Of a stretch of DNA of 64,000 nucleotides, positions 9,768-21,076 are shown in pieces; position 1 is the stretch's first letter; each line of letters begins with the position of its first letter. The notes under the pieces were generated by a model, which was not told the origin of the DNA, made no database searches, and saw only the letters and a program-made list of their open reading frames with translations. Position numbers and translations under genes: made by a program. Source of the stretch: Candidatus Helarchaeota archaeon (GTDB lineage: Archaea > Asgardarchaeota > Lokiarchaeia > Helarchaeales > RDOG01); the NCBI GenBank assembly GCA_019058315.1, contig JAHPZH010000006.1, forward strand, positions 64,001 through 128,000, read 5' to 3'.

Positions 9768-10774
9768 AAGAAAAAAGTTTTTTGTGCTTGAGAATATTTT
9801 TGGTAATTTAAAATTTGGTCATAACCTGCATGTGAAGAAAGAGGAAAAGATTTTACACCAAAATTTTGAGTTTTAGCCCAACCAGTTGCAACCATTATAG
9901 AATTTTTACTATATTTTGCCTCTAATTCTCTAATTTTTCGAATATAATAGTAAGGCAATAATATAACAGACTTGGAATTACTACTTTTATAAGTTCCATT
10001 CCCACTTTTTGAATTAAAATATGAAGTTAAATTTCTAATCTTCCTTTTATTTTCTAATGGATGGCTTTTATATTGAAATTTTCCTAAAGGTAAATAAGAA
10101 GAATGAATTTCGTTTGCTTTATAGATTGACGGATGAGTAATTAAACTGCAACTTAATGTAGAATAGTTTAAAAGTGCCGTAATTTCTTGTTGAACTCCTA
10201 ATCTCTGGGCAATGATAATTATTTCTTCATTTTCTTCTAATGTTTCCTTAAACCAGTTAAGAATTTTAGGATATAAGGTTTTTCTAGTAGGAAAAACATA
10301 TTCTTGAGAAAAGTAAGTATCATCTGTAATAAAAATCCCATTCTTACATTTTAATAATGGAGCTTTACTCATTCCAAAACGACTTTCAAGACAAAAGTCC
10401 CCAGTATATAAAATAGTTTTATTATTCAATTTAATTCTAAACTGAAAACTTCCTAAACAATGTCCTGCATGAAAGGCACTTATTTTACAACCTTGAATAT
10501 TTATTTCATCTTCAGGACAGCTATATGGTTCTATAATTTTAAAATTTGTAATTTTACAATTTTGTTTCAAATTTGATGATAATAAATCAAATGTAGGTCG
10601 GCTCATGATTTTCAGTGGATTAATTTTTTCCACATTTTTAATATGATCTACATGAGCATGACTGATAAGGATTAGATCAGCATCATTTGCTGAGGAGATT
10701 GTTGTAGGATCTATTACAATGTGAATTCTTTTTGAAATTAGATGCATGCCTCGATTTTTTATAACTTTCAACAA
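9764..10774 (-). CDS. Metallo-beta-lactamase/beta-CASP family nuclease
   Basis: SHAHVDH, AGHCLGS, YTGDF, PLSSHA. Confidence 0.85.
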   Translation of the reverse strand: MLKVIKNRGMHLISKRIHIVIDPTTISSANDADLILISHAHVDHIKNVEKINPLKIMSRPTFDLLSSNLKQNCKITNFKIIEPYSCPEDEINIQGCKISAFHAGHCLGSFQFRIKLNNKTILYTGDFCLESRFGMSKAPLLKCKNGIFITDDTYFSQEYVFPTRKTLYPKILNWFKETLEENEEIIIIAQRLGVQQEITALLNYSTLSCSLITHPSIYKANEIHSSYLPLGKFQYKSHPLENKRKIRNLTSYFNSKSGNGTYKSSNSKSVILLPYYYIRKIRELEAKYSKNSIMVATGWAKTQNFGVKSFPLSSHAGYDQILNYQKYSQAQKTFFF

Positions 10775-10847
10775 AAATCAACTACTTTTTTTATAGATAT
10801 TAATAAATTAAAAATAACGGTATTTTGTCGAAGGTGAAATTATTTAA

Positions 10848-11759
10848 ATGCTAGAATTTATTGTGAAAATAAGAGATGAAATATATAAGAAAAATAATAA
10901 GGAATTTGAATTACAAATTCAAAAATTAGTTAATAATAAAATGAAAAAATTCTATAAGTTCTATAATATTACTGAAAAAATACCAATTTTAATATATTTT
11001 CATGATTTTATCTATGAACTCTTCCCATTAGCGATGATAGAGCCCAATTTCAAAAATAATGTATTATATATTAAGAGTATCTGGTTTCAATTTTGCCCAT
11101 CAAGATGGTACTTTACAACTGATGAAATTTTATGGAATACATTATTACATGAAGGATTACATTATAAACATCAATTTAATGAAAAATTTAAACGGCTTTT
11201 TCTCGAATTTCATGGGGATTTGTTGGATGCACTATGTGATATACATTTAATTCCGTTTATAAAGGAATTAAAAATAGAAAAAAGTGAATCAGAAAGGATG
11301 TTGATTGGACGTATATTAAATTTAATGGAAAGAGAAAATCGTATTCTATTGGTAAAAAATTTCTGCGAAAATAAAAATGTTGACGATTTAATAATACATT
11401 TTCAGTTAAATAAACCTTCAATTTATCTTTTATCGGTTCTATTCTATTCGAAACGTTACATAGAATTAATTAGTAAAAAGTCTGAAATTTTTAATCTTAT
11501 ATTAGAACAAATAAAAAGGCAAGATAAAGAATTCAAAAAGAAAGAAGAAAGATTTAATTCTGTATTTGAATCAGCATTATTCCTTAAAAACGGAAAAGAA
11601 ATGGAGAGTATACTTATGAAATTAAATTCATTTAAAAATGTTCTTTTGAAAAACAATGTCAATTATAAAATAAGATTTGATTTAAACTTCAAAAAAAATT
11701 ATAGAGCCCGAAAAACTAATTCACCTAGATCAAATAATTTTAATTTTGAGTTGGTATAA
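10848..11759 (+). CDS. Hypothetical protein with an HExxH motif (possible zincin)
   Basis: LLHEGLHY; good SD (GAAGGTGA); 3' end overlaps the convergent gene. Confidence 0.55.
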   Translation: MLEFIVKIRDEIYKKNNKEFELQIQKLVNNKMKKFYKFYNITEKIPILIYFHDFIYELFPLAMIEPNFKNNVLYIKSIWFQFCPSRWYFTTDEILWNTLLHEGLHYKHQFNEKFKRLFLEFHGDLLDALCDIHLIPFIKELKIEKSESERMLIGRILNLMERENRILLVKNFCENKNVDDLIIHFQLNKPSIYLLSVLFYSKRYIELISKKSEIFNLILEQIKRQDKEFKKKEERFNSVFESALFLKNGKEMESILMKLNSFKNVLLKNNVNYKIRFDLNFKKNYRARKTNSPRSNNFNFELV

Positions 11760-12817
11760 CGAATTACTCGCTCAAAAGTAGATTCACAAGTTGGACACAT
11801 CGTTACCAAAGCTTCTGCACCTGTCGCTTCTGCAGCTTCTAACCGCTTTGACGCAATATCCATACTCAGATCTGCGTTAGCTGAAAGCATACCCCCTCCA
11901 GCCCCACAACAACTTGACTCATACTTATTATTTTGCATTTCAAGTAGTTGAATTCCGGGAATACTTGATAAAATAATTCTGGGGGGTTCTAGAATTCTCA
12001 TATGTCGACCTAAATCACAAGGATCATGCCAAGTAACTTTCAATTTTATTTCATTTTGAAAATTAACTTTTCTTTTTTCTAATAATTCAGCAAGAACTTC
12101 AGTGTAATGTAGAATTGTGGGATTAAAATTTGTATCTAGCTTACTATATTTATTTTTTAAAGTTTTATAACAACCAGGGCAAGGAGTAATGATTTTTTCA
12201 ATTTTATTTTCATTAAAATATTCAATATTTTTTTGCGATAATGTGTGAAACTTTTCCAAATATCCCGTTGTGGATAATAATGCTCCACAACAAACTTCAT
12301 TTTCACCAAGATAATTGAGTTTTAAACCTATTTTAATCAAGGAACTATAAATTTTTCTTAAACGATCAGGTTGTAAGTATGGATAGACACATCCAGCAAA
12401 AAATAAAGTATTTGAGGTTTTAGAAACTGGTAACCCTTCTGACCATTTTGAACGATTTTCATTAGATTCTTTAAAAGGATTGTTATATTCGATTATATTT
12501 TTAACAGTTATTCTGTGATATTTATTTTCAAAGCCCATATTTATTAAATCTGCTCTTAAAGATTCAATTAAATCGACATTATTTAAAGCACAACGATATA
12601 AACAATAACCACAAGTTGTACATAAGCTAATACATTCAATCAAATCATTATTAGGTTTTATAGATCCCTCAATTAATCCTCGGGCAATAAGCATCTTACC
12701 TCGGCAACTAAAAGCTTCATATCGAAGTTCTGAATAAACAGGACAATTTTCGCGACAAAATCCACAACGAGTTCTATTACAAGTATATATATTTTCCTTT
12801 AAATCATCTATATACAT
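11699..12817 (-). CDS. Fe-S oxidoreductase, HdrD/GlpC family (CCG domains)
   Basis: Two 4Fe-4S Cys clusters and two CCG domains (EVCCG, HDPCDLGR, CCGAGGG). Confidence 0.9.
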   Translation of the reverse strand: MYIDDLKENIYTCNRTRCGFCRENCPVYSELRYEAFSCRGKMLIARGLIEGSIKPNNDLIECISLCTTCGYCLYRCALNNVDLIESLRADLINMGFENKYHRITVKNIIEYNNPFKESNENRSKWSEGLPVSKTSNTLFFAGCVYPYLQPDRLRKIYSSLIKIGLKLNYLGENEVCCGALLSTTGYLEKFHTLSQKNIEYFNENKIEKIITPCPGCYKTLKNKYSKLDTNFNPTILHYTEVLAELLEKRKVNFQNEIKLKVTWHDPCDLGRHMRILEPPRIILSSIPGIQLLEMQNNKYESSCCGAGGGMLSANADLSMDIASKRLEAAEATGAEALVTMCPTCESTFERVIRYTNSKLKLFDLGELVFRAL

Positions 12818-12970
12818 TTTTAATCATTTTAATAATTAATTAATTAATTTCTTCTATTGGAAAACGATATTTTTAATATATTTTTTTTTCTAATATTCTA
12901 AAAGCAAAATTTTTTAAAATTATTGATTCTTTTTTAGTAATAACAAAAATTATTATTTATTCCTAAATGA

Positions 12971-13429
12971 ATGAGGTGTTTTGTAACGACAGGTTTAAAA
13001 TCACCAAAAGGCGAATTTGCAGGAAGATTACTTATTAGGAAGAGAAAAAAATTCCGTTGGAAAGATATTAGATATAAAAGAAGAAAATTGAAGTTGGATG
13101 TAAAATCTGATCCATTAGAAGGTGCTCCTCAAGCACGTGGTATAGTTCTAGAAAAAATTGGGATAGAAACAAAACAACCAAACTCGGGAATACGTAAGTG
13201 TGTTCGTATTCAACTTATTAAAAATGGTAAACAAATAACTGCATTTCTCCCTGGTGATGGAGCATTAAATTTTATAGACGAACATGATGAGGTTTTAGTT
13301 GAAGGTATCGGAGGAGCGAAAGGGCGGGCTGTAGGAGATTTACCTGGTGTAAGATGGAAAGTTATTAAGGTAAATAATGTCGGGCTCGAATCGCTTTTAA
13401 CAGGTAAGAAAGAGAAACCAATCAGATAA
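12971..13429 (+). CDS. rps12: 30S ribosomal protein uS12 (S23e-type); true start possibly at 12986
   Basis: [25 protein letters not shown]. Confidence 0.96.
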   Translation: MRCFVTTGLKSPKGEFAGRLLIRKRKKFRWKDIRYKRRKLKLDVKSDPLEGAPQARGIVLEKIGIETKQPNSGIRKCVRIQLIKNGKQITAFLPGDGALNFIDEHDEVLVEGIGGAKGRAVGDLPGVRWKVIKVNNVGLESLLTGKKEKPIR

Positions 13430-13475
13430 ATTATTTGGAATTATTATTTCAAATATTATAAACTATTTAGCATTT

Positions 13476-14531
13476 TTAAATAGGTTTTCCTGGAAAAATA
13501 TTATTTAATTTGATATTTGATAGTTTAATTATAGTAGGGGCAACATCAAGAGTTGAATAAATTCGGGAAGAATTATATTTATATTTAAGTTCATAATTTT
13601 TACTCATAATAATAAGAGGAACGTACAATTCTTCTTTTAGATATCCCCCATGACTTCCGTTTAAATTTTCCTTTTCAAATTCAATTCCTGTATTTGCAGA
13701 TATCACGATATCTCCAGTCCTTTTATGATATAATTTAATATCTTTTGTTTGAGATTTAAGAAAAATTTTGTCAATTTCTTTTATATGGTTGAGTTCTTCC
13801 ATTATTTCTTTATGATCTTTATTTAAATAAATATGACATGCACGATGGGATTCTAAAAATTGGCCTGATATTCCTACATTTTGAAAATAACGTTTTAAAT
13901 TAAATCTTTTTGATACTTTGGTCATACCATGGTCTGCAGTGATTATCATTATTAATTTATCTTCAACAATTTCATAAATTTGTGATAAAAATTGATCACA
14001 TTTAGATATTTCATTTAGATATTTTTTATTATCTGGACCAAATGTTTCACCATACCCATCAACTCCTGCAAAATTAATTACCCCAAATTTGATATTATAG
14101 TTCTTCAAAAATTTCATAGTTTTATCAAAAATTAATTCATCTCTTTTTTCTAACGATATTTCATTTAGCTCTTGCATAGGCATTATATAATCCGCTCCTT
14201 TTGTTATAGGTTCTGCCACAGCCATGGTTTTTGGTGAATTAAGCATTTCAAATAGAGTATGAGATTGAATATATTCAGAAGGGTTATAATAGTCAAAATG
14301 TTTTACTTTTTTATCATTTTTATCAAAGAATTGATTTCCAATCATTCCATGTTGTTCGGGAAAAGTGCCAGTTACAATTGACGAGTGTCCAGTATAAGTT
14401 GCTGTTGGAAATACTGTCTTACAATTAAAAGTTATAAATCCTTTTTCACTTAAAGAATCAATAAAAGGAGTATGAGCTTTTATATATGAATTTATTGCAC
14501 ATCCGTCCAAAATAAAAAGAAGAATAATCAA
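13476..14531 (-). CDS. Alkaline phosphatase / nucleotide pyrophosphatase superfamily protein
   Basis: ILDG, FPTAT..GH, TADHG, GSHG. Confidence 0.85.
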   Translation of the reverse strand: MIILLFILDGCAINSYIKAHTPFIDSLSEKGFITFNCKTVFPTATYTGHSSIVTGTFPEQHGMIGNQFFDKNDKKVKHFDYYNPSEYIQSHTLFEMLNSPKTMAVAEPITKGADYIMPMQELNEISLEKRDELIFDKTMKFLKNYNIKFGVINFAGVDGYGETFGPDNKKYLNEISKCDQFLSQIYEIVEDKLIMIITADHGMTKVSKRFNLKRYFQNVGISGQFLESHRACHIYLNKDHKEIMEELNHIKEIDKIFLKSQTKDIKLYHKRTGDIVISANTGIEFEKENLNGSHGGYLKEELYVPLIIMSKNYELKYKYNSSRIYSTLDVAPTIIKLSNIKLNNIFPGKPI

Positions 14532-14838
14532 GAAAATCCCATTTTAATAAAATATTCAATTTTTAATTTTCAAATTTTAGATAGAATTCTAGATTTTTAA
14601 ATCAACTTTTAAATAGAATTATATTTTTTTAAGGAAAAAAAGGTAAATAGATGAAAAAATTCAAAGTTTTTGAATAATTCATTGAATTAAAGAAAATAAT
14701 ATGAATGAAAATAATGCTAAATTAGAAGATTTTAAAATAAATTCAATCTCAACGTTATATTTTCAAAATTTGTGGGTATTAAATATTAAAAATTCTAATC
14801 ATTAATAAAATAAAATTAAGTCAATAAGTGGAGTTTCG

Positions 14839-15216
14839 ATGTCAGTTTTATTAAAAACTTATAAAATTGATAAATTAAAAGAATATTTAGAGGATTTAAA
14901 TACGAAAAACGGAAATAAAGGATGTATCTTATGCTCAGAAGAAGGATTAGTAGTCATATCAACAAAGAATGGAAATAATGAATTAGATTTTGACTCATTA
15001 GCAGCTATGGGAGCAACATTATTAAGTATTATGAATGATCAAATTTTTTTAGATGTCATAATATCATATGAAAATAAGAAAGTCTTTATCCGCAAAATCG
15101 ATGGCGAAATATGTAATTTTATATTCATTAATATATTTGAGACTAATAAAAGATATTTTAGGCGAGATGTAAATAAAACAATTAAAAAAATTAGCAAACT
15201 TTTAACATTATCCTAA
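14839..15216 (+). CDS. Roadblock/LC7-like protein
   Basis: ILCSEEGLVVIS...LAAMGA. Confidence 0.7.
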   Translation: MSVLLKTYKIDKLKEYLEDLNTKNGNKGCILCSEEGLVVISTKNGNNELDFDSLAAMGATLLSIMNDQIFLDVIISYENKKVFIRKIDGEICNFIFINIFETNKRYFRRDVNKTIKKISKLLTLS

Positions 15217-15225
15217 AAATATATT

Positions 15226-15363
15226 TGGTGCAGCTGCCGAGATTTTCGGAATAAATTTAAAATAATCTATTCTTTCGAACCCGGGTCAGAGGCTTGGGAG
15301 GCTTCCGTAAATTGACCGATAATGGTCAATTTGCCCCGTCCTAACCAACTAGACTACAGCTGC
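15226..15363 (-). tRNA. tRNA-Gly(CCC) with two introns: 29/30 (15303-15333) and 59/60 (15243-15273)
   Basis: GCAGCTG/CAGCTGC acceptor stem with ACCA. Removing both 31-nt hairpin inserts gives a full cloverleaf. Confidence 0.88.
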
Positions 15364-15398
15364 ATTATTCTCATTATTAGATAAAGATAAATTATTAT

Positions 15399-17550
15399 TT
15401 AAAAAAAATCGGCTTTTGGTATTTCAGCTTTTCTACCTTTTTTTATACGAATGTCTGAAATTATTTTTTGAGCGCTATCATAGGAAATAAATTCCCAATG
15501 AGAAAAAACTGTTTGCCAGAATGCTTGTCCTGCAGTTTTTGAACGAATATCAGTAGATAGATTAAATGATTCTTTAACTGGAATTAGACCAGTAATGTAT
15601 GAATAAGAATCTTTTTGTTCAATATTTAGAATTTTGCTTTTCCTTTGTAATAATAAAGCTGTAATAACTCCTATTAGATTTGTAGGAACTTGGATTTGAA
15701 TCTTATAAATTGGCTCAAAAATAGTAGGTTCTGATTTTAAAAAAGCGCTGTAAACCGCTCTTTTACCCATTAACATAATTTGAAGCGGATCGACTTCTAA
15801 AGTATTTTTATCAATTTTTAATAAATGGATATTTATTTGCAATCCTTTTATTGGTTCTTCGCATAAAGGTCCTGCATTTAGAGCCATTTTAATACCCTTT
15901 ATAATAATTTCTTTGATTTTATCATCAATTTCTTGGCTTAAATCATTAATAATTAGATTATTATTGTAATCTATTGCTAGAATCTTCTTATGTTTTAAAA
16001 TTTCTTTAATTCTTTCTTCGTTTATTGGTTCTACTGAAAGTTTGATTTGATTCAAATTATTTTGACTTAAAGTTGAAATTATTGGGCTCTTTATTTTAAT
16101 TCCTTCTCTGTAGACTACAATTGGATCGGACATTAATATGTCAATCCCAAAATCTTTTATTTCATTAGCAATGATTTCTAGATGTAATTGTCCGATTCCA
16201 GAAATCAAATATTCCCCTGTATCTTCATTAATATCGATTTTTATATCGGGATCGTTTATTTTTATTTTATTTAAAATATCTAGCATTTTAGGTAATTCCT
16301 TTGGATGTTTGGGTTCAATAGAAACTGTTATAACAGGATCTGATACATATTTGATATTTTCAAATGGGTCAATTATTTCTTTAAACTCACTATTAGTTAA
16401 TGTTTCTCCAACTATTGCCTCTGAGAGGCCTATAAAAGCTCCAATATTACCTGCTGTAAGAGAATTAACAATTTCTCTTTTATGTCCCATTGAAATGAAA
16501 ATTTTTAAAACTCGATTAATGTCTTTCGCAGTTAATAAATAGACTTCATCACCTGAATTAATGGTTCCAGAAAATATACGTCCTATTGATATTTTTCCTA
16601 CATGTTTGTCAAATAATATCTTATGAATACAAATAATTAATGGTCCATTTTCATTACATTTTTGCATATTTTGTGCTAAAGCTGAATTTAAATCGCCTTT
16701 CCAAATTTTTTTAATTCTATAAGTTTGTGCAATTTTAGGACTTGGCAAATGATTAATTATCATATTTAATATACATTTATCTAAAGGTAGAATTTCACTT
16801 AATATCTCAATTTTGTTTATTCCATTTTTATAATAATTAAAAATATTATCAAACTTTAGTTTCTTATTTTTCATGATATTTAATGTAAAACCCCAACTAG
16901 GATATAAAGCGCATCCAAATCCTACATTATTCATTTCTGGAATTATTTTCCATTTATCTTTAAATTCATTTTCAGCATAAAGTTCAATATAATCGTTAAA
17001 TTTATCTATAATATTTTGAAAATAATTTTGAATTTCATTAGAGTTTAATTTTAATTCTTTTATTAAACGATCAACTTTATTTATATACAGAATTGGTTTT
17101 ATACGTTCTTGCAAAGCTTGTTTTGTTACAATTTCTGTCTGAATTTGGCATCCTTCAACTGCATCTACAACTACAATGGCACCATCAATTGCTCTTAACG
17201 CTCTAGATACTCTGGCAGTTAAATCCACTTAGTCTATAAAAATAATTTTATTTTTATATATGACCTGGAGTATCTATCAGATTAATAATGAATCTCTCAT
17301 TAGCTATTTGATACAATAATGAAATATTTGCAGTCTTAACTGTAATTCCTCTTTTTTGTTCAATATCTAAATAATCCAGAGCCCGAAGAGAACCTGCTAA
17401 ATTTGAAGATATTACTTTCCCTAATGCTAAAAGGCTATCAGTTAAAGTAGTCTTTCCATGGTCTATATGCGCTATTATACCAATATTGCGTATGTTGTCC
17501 TTTTGTTTCATTGTTTCTAAAATTTCATTAATTTTTTTTGATTTTACCAT
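15399..17550 (-). CDS. Elongation factor 2 paralog (aEF-2p-like, no diphthamide His), intron-containing: complement(join(15399..17228,17260..17550)), 706 aa
   Basis: AHIDHGKTT, RGIT, DTPGH|VD, NKVD and domain III-V motifs. The two ORF-track pieces join in frame after removing 17229-17259. Confidence 0.92.
17229..17259 (-). other. 31-nt BHB intron in the EF-2 paralog mRNA
   Basis: Minus strand: outer pairs TCCA/TGGA, central helix GGTC/GACT, bulges AT|A and AA|G, 10-bp stem TATAAAAATA/TATTTTTATA. Confidence 0.9.
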
Positions 17551-17680
17551 CCTTTTTTTTCCTATTAGTGAGTTTGAATAAAAATAATTATCAGTAATAA
17601 ATAGTTTAAAATTATATTTTTTAAGAATTATAGATTAGTGTTCATGTTATGTTTAAATTGGTTTTTAAATAAAAAATTAC

Positions 17681-19522
17681 ATGAATAGAAGAATTGAATT
17701 CTTAATTTTGTTATTGATAATTATTTTTCCTCTCTATTTTCAATCTAATGAAACTATATACAAAAATAATACAAAATTTCATCAATATTTACAAATTTAT
17801 GGAAATATTATTAGTACAAACTATCAAAATGAAAAACAGATAATTTTTTTGGATTCTGAATTTTATGAAATGGATATATTTAATATCACTTTATTAAGAG
17901 AAGGAAATATTGAAATTGGTGATACCATTCAAATTATGGGACGATATACTTTGAATTATTCCCCTTTCAAATATGTTGCATTAGAAAATTGGATGGATAT
18001 CGGTGATTATCCTGAAGATTTTCATACAATTCCAACTTTCGTAAATAATTTTACATATTATAGAAATATCACCTTAGATCCCAGCCGTTTTGATATAAAT
18101 GAAACATATTATGGAAAGATTATGTTAAAACTATTAGATATAGAAACAAGTTTTGTTTATTCAAGGCAAAATACATCAAATCAAGAGATTTATATTACAG
18201 AATCTAAAGTAAATTATACAATTCTCGAAAAATGGCCAGAAAACATATTATCTACTAAAATGACAAATATTACATTTAATCTTTTTAATAGAAATAATTA
18301 TAATTTTAAATTCAGCGATTCATATGTAAATTTTTTACTTTACGCCCCTAATAATACTATTGTACAAAATGAGACTCTATTAACAACAGTAAATGGGGAT
18401 GTTAATGTTTTATTAAAGACAAATTCTTGTAAATCTGGAGGAAATTATACTCTTAAATTATTTACTCATGGAACTGAGTTCTATAAACCTACAAATCATA
18501 CAATAATTCTTCCCGTATATAATGAATCTGCAATTTTTAATGTATCAATCTCTGAAAACGAAAAATATGTATCGGTTCCTTATGATCCTATGAGTCTAGT
18601 TTTAACTGCAAATCTTAAATTTGATTCGGATATAATTTGGAATTCTTCCTTTTCATCAGGGGTATTCATAAAGAAAGATAATATTACATATGAAAGTAAT
18701 TTAACAGTCCCTTATTTTGAAAACACTTATATTATTGATATTTGGGCAAACCCATTTGGAACTAATTCTACACTTAATAGAAAAATAAATTTAACTGTAA
18801 TAACTCGTCCAATAGATATTTCTTTATCTATAAAGAAAATATTATTTTCAAATAAGATTAAAATCACAGCCAAAATAGTTGATAATTTAACATATCATCC
18901 AATAGTTAATGATGAAATCTTTAATTTTTATGTTTTCTCAAATTCAAGCTGGTTTTTTGTGGGAAATTCTAAAAGCATTAATGGAGAAGTGAGTTTAACA
19001 AAAAAAATATCTAAAAGTATTTCAGATGGAAAAATACTTATTAAAATTGAGAACTATAATTCTTCAATTTATAGTAATATAAGTTCATATAAGGAAATAT
19101 TTTTAACTGAATTGAGTGTCCTGACTGTATCAGAAATAAATATTTTTAATTTTTTTCCTTTATTATTTAAATTGCAAACAATTAATGGAACAGATATTTC
19201 AAATGAAACTGTAGAAATATTTATTAATGGTTTTAAAATTGTTAACTTCAAGACTAAGCCTAACGTGGTTAATTTTTTACTTTTTTTAGCACCAGCTTAC
19301 GAAACTGTATTAAATTTTTTAATTATCTATAAGGGTAATGATAAAAATCTTAATAGTTATTTCTTTTTTCAGTTGAATATTAAAAGTGATATCGTTATAA
19401 AGGCTCTAGGAAATTGCGGATTTTTTATTTCTATATTCATTTCTGCAATTTTCACGTTTTTATATCTAAAAAATAGGAAATCTCATAATTTGAGTAAATT
19501 AAAAATTCGAAATGATGATTAA
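17681..19522 (+). CDS. Secreted/membrane-anchored surface glycoprotein, beta-rich (Ig-like)
   Basis: N-terminal signal/TM, many N-x-S/T sequons, C-terminal TM followed by a basic tail. Confidence 0.65.
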   Translation: MNRRIEFLILLLIIIFPLYFQSNETIYKNNTKFHQYLQIYGNIISTNYQNEKQIIFLDSEFYEMDIFNITLLREGNIEIGDTIQIMGRYTLNYSPFKYVALENWMDIGDYPEDFHTIPTFVNNFTYYRNITLDPSRFDINETYYGKIMLKLLDIETSFVYSRQNTSNQEIYITESKVNYTILEKWPENILSTKMTNITFNLFNRNNYNFKFSDSYVNFLLYAPNNTIVQNETLLTTVNGDVNVLLKTNSCKSGGNYTLKLFTHGTEFYKPTNHTIILPVYNESAIFNVSISENEKYVSVPYDPMSLVLTANLKFDSDIIWNSSFSSGVFIKKDNITYESNLTVPYFENTYIIDIWANPFGTNSTLNRKINLTVITRPIDISLSIKKILFSNKIKITAKIVDNLTYHPIVNDEIFNFYVFSNSSWFFVGNSKSINGEVSLTKKISKSISDGKILIKIENYNSSIYSNISSYKEIFLTELSVLTVSEINIFNFFPLLFKLQTINGTDISNETVEIFINGFKIVNFKTKPNVVNFLLFLAPAYETVLNFLIIYKGNDKNLNSYFFFQLNIKSDIVIKALGNCGFFISIFISAIFTFLYLKNRKSHNLSKLKIRNDD

Positions 19523-19588
19523 TTTTTATTAAATATTGATTTTTATCGAAAAATCTCATATTAATGAATTTTTTATAATAATTTTCAT

Positions 19589-20137
19589 TTAGCTTCTATT
19601 ATGAAAAATCTCTTTAATTATTGCTTGTAATGCCTCTAATAAATTGTATCCATTTGGAGCTATAGTTTCAAAAATTTTCTTATTTTCTAATCCCAAACTA
19701 TCTTTAAATTCATCAATAGAAATTTTAGGACTTAAATCTCTTTTATTAAGGCAAAAAATTATTGGTATTTTTTCTAAATTATCTATTAATGAGCAAAGTT
19801 CTTTCCAACTCTTAATATTATCATTTAAGAAGTTTGGTTGGGAATCCGCAATGAAAATAACACCATCCACTCCTTGCAAAACTGTAGGTCTGGTTTCACA
19901 ATAAAAATCTTGACCAGTAGATGTGAAAATATGGAGATGAAATTTCCAATGTCCTTTTTGTATTAATAATTCCCCAAAGTCAAAAAACAAAGTTCTACCG
20001 GTACTTGTTTCAATAGATTTTAAATTATTACCAAAAATCTTAAAAATATATTTAATAGATGTAGTTTTTCCCGACATAGCTCCCCCCCAATAAACAATTT
20101 TTATTATTATTTCCCTATTTCCATAATTTATTATCAT
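19589..20137 (-). CDS. MglA-like small GTPase
   Basis: KIVYWGGAMSGKTT, RTLFFDF, TGQDFY, NKRD. Confidence 0.88.
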   Translation of the reverse strand: MIINYGNREIIIKIVYWGGAMSGKTTSIKYIFKIFGNNLKSIETSTGRTLFFDFGELLIQKGHWKFHLHIFTSTGQDFYCETRPTVLQGVDGVIFIADSQPNFLNDNIKSWKELCSLIDNLEKIPIIFCLNKRDLSPKISIDEFKDSLGLENKKIFETIAPNGYNLLEALQAIIKEIFHNRS

Positions 20138-20156
20138 TTAATTACCTCTTATCAAA

Positions 20157-21065
20157 TCATCCCCATAAACTATCAACATAATCTCCCACTCGAGATTTCC
20201 ATCCATCCTGTAAATATCTTGAAAAATCTACTCTGTATTCAGAATTTAAAAATTCTATAATTCGTTCAAAATTAACAATTTCAAAATCAATAGTTCGAAG
20301 AAAAGTTTTATCTGATATTTTAATATCAATTCCTAATTCATGTAATAAATCAATTCTGGATAATATTGCTAAAGCTCTTACTCCTGCATGAGCAAAAGCT
20401 TGAATCTCTTCATTGAAAATATTCGTCTGGATTTTATCTTCTTCCACATCAAAATTAATTACTGTTTTCATTATTTCAGATGATGAAGGTATTTTTACCT
20501 TTTTTTCTAAAACTCTTTTCATTTTTTCAAGAGAAATTTTGCTTTTTTCTACAGCTCTTTTTAATAATTTCTTTTCAAAACTTAAATCTAAGGATTTTAT
20601 ATTATTTCCATATTTTTCAATTTTGATTTGTTCTTCATCGTCCAAAAAAATTGTTAAAAAATATTGTTCTTCCTGTTTAACCTTTGAAATTATTTGATCT
20701 TTTGTATAGGTATCATTTATTTTCAAAGCGATTATCCAACCAGAAAGTTTAAAATTATTCTCTAATGCAAATTGAGAAGCTTCTGTATGAGAACAAACAA
20801 TTATTCGAGGAATTGTAAAATTATCTAATTCTTCTTGAATAATATTACTATATTCCTCTAATTCGACAAAATCATTATAGTATACTAATTGAGTTCTATG
20901 CGGAGCTAATGATATTATAGCATTAGCTAAATCGTCTAAACTTTCTCTATTTTTACCAATTATAATGATAGGATGTCTATCTAATACAAATCTCAGTAAT
21001 AGAGAAAATGTGTTAAATCCAAGTAATTCTATTAATTTTTTTAACGAAAATAACATAATACCCAC
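20157..21065 (-). CDS. Hypothetical protein, possibly DENN-like
   Basis: PIIIIG......L...I.SL.P segment resembles the cDENN core; lies in an operon with roadblock and GTPase genes. Confidence 0.4.
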   Translation of the reverse strand: MGIMLFSLKKLIELLGFNTFSLLLRFVLDRHPIIIIGKNRESLDDLANAIISLAPHRTQLVYYNDFVELEEYSNIIQEELDNFTIPRIIVCSHTEASQFALENNFKLSGWIIALKINDTYTKDQIISKVKQEEQYFLTIFLDDEEQIKIEKYGNNIKSLDLSFEKKLLKRAVEKSKISLEKMKRVLEKKVKIPSSSEIMKTVINFDVEEDKIQTNIFNEEIQAFAHAGVRALAILSRIDLLHELGIDIKISDKTFLRTIDFEIVNFERIIEFLNSEYRVDFSRYLQDGWKSRVGDYVDSLWG

Positions 21066-21076
21066 TTAAAATAAGA

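Noticed and set aside
1-17550. Reading rnz and the EF-2 paralog as frameshifted pseudogenes or assembly errors
   Set aside because: Both inserts form complete BHB motifs whose cut sites restore the conserved motifs exactly, which random errors would not do.
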